This document shows positions 54,165 through 64,000 of a DNA stretch of 64,000 bases, piece after piece. The notes beneath the pieces are model-generated. The model was not told the DNA's origin, ran no database searches, and saw only the letters and a program-made list of their open reading frames with translations. The stretch covers positions 17,236,001 through 17,300,000 of the forward strand of contig OX597828.1 in assembly GCA_951406725.2 (NCBI GenBank), given 5' to 3'. The first letter of the stretch is position 1. Each line of letters begins with the position of its first letter. The DNA comes from Octopus vulgaris (Eukaryota). The translations under genes were made by a program, and so were the position numbers.

Positions 54165-54505
54165 CTCAGTGGTAGTCAGATAGAAGTCTGGGCGATGTGT
54201 GATGGGAGACCGGATGTTACCGATGCAGCATGTCCCCCTCTCTCCACAACACTACTGGGTCCGAGGGAACAGCAGGACTGTTATAGTTTGGCAGCAGCGC
54301 TATCTCAGGAGCTGCCAGAATTAAGTTTGTTTTAATCAACAATGAATTGCTTTAGGGGCTCCAATCCCAGATTTTCCATCGCGGTTTACTCCCGTAGCAT
54401 TCTCATGACTGGATATCACTGCAAAGCAGCAGATATTTGGAGTCGGAGTATTCCTTCTCCTAGATGGATTGCCTGCCAAGACTGACGACCCCCATCTGTC
54501 CTCAT
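54165..54505 (-). mobile_element. RTE-related non-coding fragment (RTE 5' UTR-like)
   Basis: ccttctcctagatggattgcctgccaagactgacga...catctgtcc and ggtttactcccg resemble RTE/BovB 5' UTR in reverse (recalled, not searched). 54183-54300 aligns with the family C SINE tail. Confidence 0.6.
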
Positions 54506-54587
54506 GTGTTAAGTAGTACTGGATTACATGGTAGTCAGTAAAACCAGGGAAACCAGCAAAAACCTGACCTGGCTGTAACATAGATTT

Positions 54588-55300
54588 TTGATTGATTGAT
54601 TGATTCTAGTTTCAGCTCATGAGCTGTGGCCATGCTGGGGCACCGCCATTTGGTGTTTCTACTTGGTTTTACTTCACGAAAGCTTTTTAGCAACTGCCAT
54701 TTGGTGCATGAGGGAGTTCGATGCAGCTGCCCTCACCTGCACCTCCTTCCGTGAAGTTGGTTCATCTGGGACACCTGACAGGAAGAGATCCAGTTTCATT
54801 TTAAAGACATCTGCATCCACCCCATGCAGGTCTCTTAGGTTCTTCGGGAGGATATTGAAGAGCTGTGGGCCTCGGAAGCCCAGGCTATCACAGTATCTTG
54901 TCCTACATCTTGATGGCAAATTTGGAGTCGTAGGCACCACGCAGAGGCGCCCAGTTCTGGCATTTGTGTAACTCTCGATGCCAAAGTTTGGGACACGTCC
55001 CTCCAGGATCTTCCAGATGTATATTATGGCATATCTTTCCCGCCTACGCTCCAAGGAATATAGTTTTAATCTCTTGAGTCTTTCCCAGTAGCTTACATTC
55101 TGCATAGAGGCTATCTTCTTCGTGTAGCTACGCTGGATCGCCTCGAGCTCTGTGATCAACTTGACACTGGATGGTGACCATAACTGAGAGCAATAGTCAA
55201 AGTGGCTTAGGACAAGTGTCCTCCAGAGGACCATCATGGTTTCTTGTTCTCTTGTTCTAAAGGTTCTGAGAATCCATGCGGCCAGTCGTCTACATTTCAT
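54588..55300 (-). mobile_element. 3' fragment of a second CR1-group LINE (ORF 54674-55300, 3' UTR, (ATCA)n tail)
   Basis: WILRTFRTRE...LVLSHFDYCSQLWSP...YWERLKRLKLYSLERRRERY...GPQLFNILP...FKMKLDLFLSGVPDEP, with a tandem-repeat tail at 54588-54604. Confidence 0.93.
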
Positions 55301-57104
55301 TGATGTACATGGTATTTGACAAGTTTGGGACTTAAAGGTTATAATTGCATTTCTTTTAGCATATATTTATTATTTTTTTTAATAATTTGCCCGCATTGAC
55401 TGGTAGAGATTGTGATTTAGGATCGCATTATAATAGGGATTTTCTTTAAACATGTAGACATTTATGAATTTTGTTTACCAGGTGAAATATAATGCCTCTT
55501 GAGATGTATTTGAAAATATATTTAGAGCTCGTAAGACTACTAGAAACAAATTATCCATAAAACAGAGACCAAGTCCTTACGTTTGCAGTAGAGTAAAAAT
55601 CCATTGAAGACCAGGTGGCTGGGGATGTTAAACAGGACAAACGTTTAAGCTTATAAAGCAATGAGCAGGAAATAAATACCGCAAAATCAACACGCTATCA
55701 ATTCTCACAACCCACAATTCTGGACTCACGTTATTTAATCTCCAGTGCCCCGAATAAACAAAAGGTAAATTTAACATCAGCCTAATTTGAAATCAGCTAA
55801 AAGACAGCTAAAAATACGATATATAGCATTTTATTCTACACACTAACGACTCCCCCATTTCACTTGTTTCTTGACTAATTGCACATGAAGGGGAAAGGAG
55901 TGTAAGAGCTGGTAGTACCTACAATTTGTTCCCATTTAAATGTCCAGATAGATTTTCTCCTTTTGAGCTTTTGTCATTCATTATGTCGGTGATCTGTGAA
56001 TACAGCTTATGTTGCAGCCTGTAATAACTTGTTTCTTCATGGTTTGGTGTAAAGTTATCCACGACCCTGCTAAGTCTTGATAAAACATGCTAAATATAAC
56101 GTATTTTGACAAATATAAAAGATTTTAGGCTGGTTTTGTATCGTGCTGGCGAATGTATTTGTATGTGCTCTAAATGCTATTTTACTTGGGTTGACATGTT
56201 TTTAATGTGAGTCGTTGTTGGCTACCTTCGTTGTTGCTGCTGTTCTTGTTCATGTTGTTGTTGTCGTATATCTCAAATAAGATTGCCTCATGAAAAACAG
56301 CATTCCTATCGTGACTCCCCTTTGTATTATCCATTGACACTTTGTTATTCATGGATTTCAAAGCTCGACGGTCTGTGGTTTTAAAAGTAGGTAACTGCTA
56401 TATCTAGCAGTCCTAGGTGCTACATAGTCGTTCTTCTTTTGTTTCGTGTGTTGTTTATGTTGCAGAGTCAGGCTATGTTATTCGATCTGGCATTATCATC
56501 TGCCTGTCCGTGTGTGTCAGAAAGAGAAAAAGAGAAAATATGTGCGTGTGTGTTCTTGTTCTTTACTCTGTGGTCAACAAACTTAGGATCAAAAGCATTC
56601 CAACGGAAGCCATTCGCCTTTTTCTTGAGTGCAGCAGGAAATCAAGGACCACAATATCCATTCGCGTTCTTTTCCATTGGTTTATCGTGAGCGTCTCTGA
56701 TGTTCTCTGGTTTTGGCAGAGAAAATTGAGATAAAAGTGAGATAATGGATTTACTAAGTATTACCTTAAATATGTTGTTTATGAAGCCAGGAGTCAACTT
56801 TGTTGTTGTAGAGTTAGAGCTGTGCAGCTGAGGGTATGGACTTGAAGAAGAATGCTACAAATAACATATACGTGTGCATTGCAATTGTATGTGTGTAGTC
56901 AACTATATTGTAGATACGTGCGTGAGTAGGCGTGCATGCGTGTGTATGTTTCTGTCTTTAAATGTACACACACAGATATACACGCATATGTATATACACA
57001 CACACGAACATATATAGAATATATATATACACGTGTGTGTGTGTTTATTATTTAAAACAGTTCGATTCGGATCCATGTAACTTCAGATTTCACTGGCTTA
57101 TTTC

Positions 57105-57145
<41 letters not shown>

Positions 57146-58419
57146 ACTTGTTTATATGCATACACACACGCATACATGTATTTATATTTACCCACCATCT
57201 ATTTATTTATTCCTCGTTCTCTTTAAACATATATACATATATATATATATATATATTTCAAAATATCAGAGTAATAAAGATCTTAGAAATTTTTACTTCC
57301 TCTGGCCTAGCATGTAGAAAAATTAGTCAATAGACTATATATTATTCATATAAAATACAGTGTGCATTTAAACACATAAGAGGTATCCGACATAGGATTC
57401 CTCTCACGCTAGAAGGAACAGCTAAAGTCCAAACCACTACTAGGGATAAAAACTCGAAGGGAATGAAAAATAAAAAAAACATATACCATCTATCCCTTGG
57501 ACCATGGTTTCTGATTTTTTTAACAAATAAAATAATTTGCTTGGCGAAGTCTAGTCCTAGTTCACTTGTTCCAGAAAACATTTTACAGGAAGTTTAAAGC
57601 TTGTTCGTATTTACCTGGTCATAAAACAGGATTTGGAAGCTGGGAATTTGTGGATGACTGCAATCTTAAGACGACAAAACAATAATGTCAACATTACGAC
57701 GATAGCACATTTAATAAGCGTTTAATAAGCGACAATGACCAAAAAAAGGTGGGGAAGAACCCATATTTTGTAGTTTTAAGTATTCAATGAGCATTTAAAT
57801 GCGAAAAACAAGGAAGATATAACAAAACATTTTGTAGGGTACAAGTAGGAAAACAGCGTAAAATATGAGTTTGTAAAGACACGTTGTTTTTTGTAAGCTC
57901 ACGAAGATGTATGTCTATGGGTTACAATTGGCTAAAATAACGGAAAATTTGCAAATTTAGAAACTATTAACTGTTTATCTATTGATTTATGCCGAAAATG
58001 AATTTCGTGTCAATATTGATCATACAAAGCTACATCAATACACCAGTTTTGAATTCATTTGGGACAAAACTAGAAAAATTAAATAGTGGCAGCCAAGCAG
58101 AAAAGATCCGACATTGCTCCAGTTCACTCAGCTTTGTAAAGGTAAACTTTCGACGTGCAGGCGTACATGGTTTGGATAGTGATTCAGGCAAATCACCCGA
58201 AGGTAAGTTTTTCGTGCCACGTTTTGTATTCAGCTATCGGAAAGTTGTTTCCCAAAACCCTAATTGTGAATCTCCAATGGTTATGGTTGGTTGTTCAACC
58301 ACGTTGAAGGTCAAAACGAGAGAGAAAAAGGCGATACACCTATATATATTTCACATGCGAATATGTTGAATTCTGTGCGATTATACTGGAAATTGTTTCT
58401 AAACATGTACATACATACA

Positions 58420-58508
<89 letters not shown>

Positions 58509-58958
58509 GCACACACACACATATATATAGGCATAAACACATATGTGTGTGCGTGTAAGTGCAACTAATTAATTTACATCGTAGATAGAGAGTTGTGGGG
58601 GCGCTAAAATGTAGGATTTTTATGCTTTTAAGGTGTTGAAGGAATTTTAATCGTAATTTCATTATTATCGACCATTGTGCTTTCAGCCATCTCAACAATT
58701 GATTTAAATTAATTGCATATACTTTAATTAATAATTGTTTAAGGCCAAAATATTCATTGTAATTAATAACATAACAACATAATTATTAATTAATAGTCTT
58801 CATGTCTATAAATTTAATAACATTCTAAATCATAAATACCAAAAATTGCAATATTCTCCTTAACAATTGGGCTGTGTCTGCTCAGAAACACACTAACAAA
58901 CAAAGACACACACAAACATACACACGGAAACACGCACAATTTTGCAAAGATAAACATG

Positions 58959-59010
<52 letters not shown>

Positions 59011-59061
59011 CATATACGGATGCATATACACAAACACAATCATACATATACAGACATATTC

Positions 59062-59109
<48 letters not shown>

Positions 59110-59260
59110 GTATCTGCATGTTGTTCTACATATATCTAATCATGTACCATAGTCCCTACATTGATGTTCACACAGACATATATGCTTACACAGACACCCT
59201 CCTATATATGTAAATGTTTGAAATATAAAATAGGTTTATATATATATATATATATGTATG

Positions 59261-59299
<39 letters not shown>

Positions 59300-59361
59300 A
59301 TTAATAAAACATTTATAAAATATAAAATATATATATATATATACACGGCCTTCGGGCTAAA

Positions 59362-60524
<1,163 letters not shown>

Positions 60525-60623
60525 ATATATATATTGTAAGTAATAAAAGGGTAAAATTAATTAATTATTAATTAATTTTACCTTGTAGTGTTCAGTATGT
60601 AAGAAGACCATTTACGGTATATT

Positions 60624-60725
60624 TAAAACATTACGTTATATAATTAGGGTTCAGTAAAATAAAAGTTCGGTGTGTGGTAAAGTAAATTATTTTACTGAAC
60701 CCTAATTATATAACGTAATGTTTTA
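60624..60725. repeat. Perfect 39-bp inverted repeat with 24-nt spacer
   Basis: TAAAACATTACGTTATATAATTAGGGTTCAGTAAAATAA (60624-60662) and its reverse complement at 60687-60725. Confidence 0.92.
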
Positions 60726-60729
60726 TATA

Positions 60730-60803
<74 letters not shown>

Positions 60804-60809
60804 TATATA

Positions 60810-61216
60810 GGCGCAGGAGTGGCTATGTGGTAGGTAGCTTATTTACCAACCACATGGTTCCGGGTTCAGTCCCACTGTGTGTCATCTTGGGCAAATGTCT
60901 TCTACTATACCCTCGGGCCGACCAAAGCCTTGTGAGTGGATTTGGTAGACGGAAACTGAAAGAAGCCCGTCGTATATATGTATATATATATATATGCGTG
61001 TATGTGTTTGTGTCTGTGTTTGTCCTCCTAGCATTGCTTGACAACCGATGCTGGTGTGTTTATATCCCCGTTACTTAGCGGTTCGGCAAAAGAGACCGAT
61101 AGAATAAGTACTGAGCTTACAAAAGAACAAGCCCCTGGGTCGTGTTGCTCGATTAAAGGCGGTGCTCCAGCATGGCCGCAATCAAATGACTGAAACAAGT
61201 AAAAGAATAAAAGAAT
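60810..61216 (+). mobile_element. SINE family A, full length
   Basis: Close to the window consensus. Confidence 0.92.
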
Positions 61217-61253
61217 ATATTGTATATATTTACATATATATATATATGTGTTT

Positions 61254-61297
<44 letters not shown>

Positions 61298-61322
61298 TAT
61301 ACATATATATACATATTGTATC

Positions 61323-61380
<58 letters not shown>

Positions 61381-61457
61381 TATTGATATATATATATATA
61401 TATGTATATATACACATATATATATACATGTATATATACACATATATATGTATTTAT

Positions 61458-61695
61458 ATGTTCTTTAATTCGTTTACTTGTTTCAGCCTTTTGACTGCGG
61501 CCATGGTGGGGCACCACCTTGAATAATTTTAGTTGAAATCATCTTTAGGTCTTATTTTTTGTACAGCCTGCTATTTATTCTATCGCTATCTTTAATCGTA
61601 CCAATAAGTTACGGGGACGTAAACTCATCCATCACCGGTTGTCAGGTGGTGATGAGATGATAAATAATGTCACAAAGACACTCAGACACGCACGT
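61458..61695 (-). mobile_element. SINE family A, 3' half
   Basis: tttacttgtttcagccttttgactgcggccatg...gttacggggacgtaaac. Confidence 0.8.
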
Positions 61696-61701
61696 ATGCA
61701 A

Positions 61702-61747
<46 letters not shown>

Positions 61748-61749
<2 letters not shown>

Positions 61750-61929
61750 CCATGATAGATCGTTAGCCTCTACCCACATTCTTTTCTCTCCTTGTTTTTT
61801 CCGTGTCCCTTTCTGTAGAATAGCGTAGGCCCGAAACATAAAAGAATTTTTCTATTCCTGAGCGTTATACTAATACATCTGTTTGTTTTGTACACCACCT
61901 GTCTTCGTCTTTTATTTTTTTCGTAAACT

Positions 61930-61930
<1 letters not shown>
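61748..61930 (+). mobile_element. Microsatellite-embedded Penelope-like terminal fragment with minimal hammerhead-like motif (61809-61844)
   Basis: CTTT-CTGTAGA-A-TAGC-GTAG-GCCC-GAAAC-ATA-AAAG. Homologous to the palindrome arm 59541-59730. Confidence 0.55.
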
Positions 61931-62009
<79 letters not shown>

Positions 62010-62020
62010 TTTTTATTTAT

Positions 62021-62265
62021 CTAGTTTCAGGTCACTAGCTGTGGTTATGCTGGGGCACCGCCATTTGGTGTTGCTACATAATTTTACTTCACAAATGCTT
62101 TTTAGCAATTGCCATTTGGTGCATGAGAGAGTTCGATGCAGCTGCCCTCATCTGCACCTCCTGCCGTGAAGTTGGTTCATCTGAGATACCTGACAAGAAG
62201 AGATCCAGTTTCATTTTAAAGACATCTGCATCCACCCCATGCAGGTCTCTTAGGTTCTTCGGGAG
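62021..62265 (-). mobile_element. Short 3' fragment of the same CR1-group LINE as 54588-55300
   Basis: High identity to 54606-54850. Confidence 0.9.
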
Positions 62266-62570
62266 GTTGTTAGGTTCTTATATATATATATATACACATT
62301 ATATAATCAAAAATGGGATGCAATCTATTTTAATTGAATTAATAAATACTAATTGATGTAAGTTAATTGTTGTTAATCAGTACTTCTTCATTTTCTGATT
62401 GCTTTAAATCTATATACATATGTATATATAAATTATATTTGCCAATTAAATGTGGCGGTCCTATAGAGGCTGGAGATACTATTGTGGTCTATAGGACTGC
62501 CACCTTTAGTTGGCAAATATATTTTACGATTCCGTACTTTTACTGTTTATTTCTCGTTAGGAGATGTTAT

Positions 62571-62635
<65 letters not shown>

Positions 62636-62877
62636 AACACACACACACATATTGTGGTTTCTTTGGTTTGTTTGTTCCCAAACATTTATCTTCCCGATGT
62701 CGACACCACCGGATTGAATGGTACTGCCCAGGTGTCGAAACCATAATGATATCCGTGGGGCAGCTGGTGATGAATGTATGTTGGATTGTTGGTATGGCTG
62801 TGGAATTGTATTATAACACATCTTTTTTTTGTTATATATATATATATATATGTACACACACACACACATATATATAG

Positions 62878-63248
62878 GGGCAAGAGTGGCTGTGTGGTAA
62901 GTAGCTTGCTTACCAACCATATGATTTCGGGTTCAGACCCACTGCGTGGCAACTTGGGCAGGTGTCTTCCACTATAGCCTCGGGCCGAGCAAAGCCTTGT
63001 GAGTGGATTTGGTAGACGGAAACTGAGAGAAGCCCATGGTATATATATATATGTATATTTATGTGAGTGTATTTGTGTGTATGTGTTTGCCCCCCCCCCC
63101 AAAAAAAAAAATCAACGGCAAAAGTGACCGGTAGTATAAGTACTAGGCTTACAAAGAATAATTCCTGGGATCGATTTCCTCGACTAAAGACGCTGCTCCA
63201 GTATGGCTGCAGTCAAATGACTGAAACAAGTAAAAGATTAAAAGAGTA
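62878..63248 (+). mobile_element. SINE family A, followed by an inverted family A fragment (63250-63340)
   Basis: Head, body and tail match the family. Confidence 0.88.
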
Positions 63249-64000
63249 ACAGTCTTCTTTTAGTTTCCGTGTACCAAATCTACTCACAAAGTCTTGGTCC
63301 ACCCAAGGCTATAGCAGAACACACTTGCCCAATGTGCCACTCTGGCGGTGCACACTTTTTCAAATTCGGTGTTAATGATCATGGAAACCAGTTAACAGAT
63401 GTTTTCTATTTCTACCTTTCGTTAGATATGGAATTCTCATTTACTTTGTCCTCTCCGGAGAAATTATTACGTTCCAACAATCTCTATTTTACAACATTCG
63501 CAATTCACCTAATCTGTTTATCTGAGTTTGTATTTCAGTGCCTGTTTTGATTAAGTTTACAGCAAATAACACAGAGTAATACTATTGCTGCTTCGTATTT
63601 TCCTGATAAAAGCTGTGCTAGCATGAATCACATTGAATATTTATTAAAGCAAGATATGCCTTATATGTCAATGTATAACAAAATCCCTATTTAATGCGAT
63701 GTGAAAGATATAATCGAATCGTATTCACCATATACGTGCATGTTTATATGTTTATGAGTATATGCATAGACAACATGCGTACACGTCAGTCGTGAGACTG
63801 CGGCCATGCTGGGGGCACTTTACGAATTTTTAGTCGAATGAATCCACCCCAGTATTTAAATTATTTTGCTAAGCCTGGTGTTTATTCTATCGGACTCGTT
63901 TGCCGAGATGCCGTTGTCAAACGGTGATGGGTCACTCACACACACACACACACTCTCTCTCTATCTCTCCCTCTCACACACACACATACACACACACACA

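Noticed and set aside
57989-58369. 126-aa ORF with strong donor AAG|GTAAGT at 58202
   Set aside because: It contains a SINE-derived stretch (attgctccagttcactcagct), has no clear acceptor and encodes no recognisable protein.

Overview
Eukaryotic, AT-rich DNA dense in microsatellites, with no recognisable host protein-coding gene. The SINE families and the density of (TA)n/(CA)n/(TATC)n/(ATC)n repeats look like an octopus (cephalopod) intronic or intergenic region; this is recognition from memory, not a database search. The window holds dozens of tRNA-derived SINE copies from several modular families and decayed non-LTR retrotransposons (two CR1-group families, RTE, R4/Dong). It also holds an internally deleted Helitron, mariner-type and Merlin-like MITEs, and short islands embedded in microsatellites that carry degenerate minimal hammerhead-ribozyme motifs of the Penelope-like-element type. 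Two patterns go beyond routine annotation: (1) several different families of hammerhead-like islands sitting in microsatellites, and (2) repeated local inverted duplications and templated insertions, including a ~1 kb palindrome and a 195-bp inverted copy taken from 4.3 kb away. Nearly all ORFs in the supplied track are microsatellite or SINE artefacts. I found no prokaryote-type system such as CRISPR or an operon.
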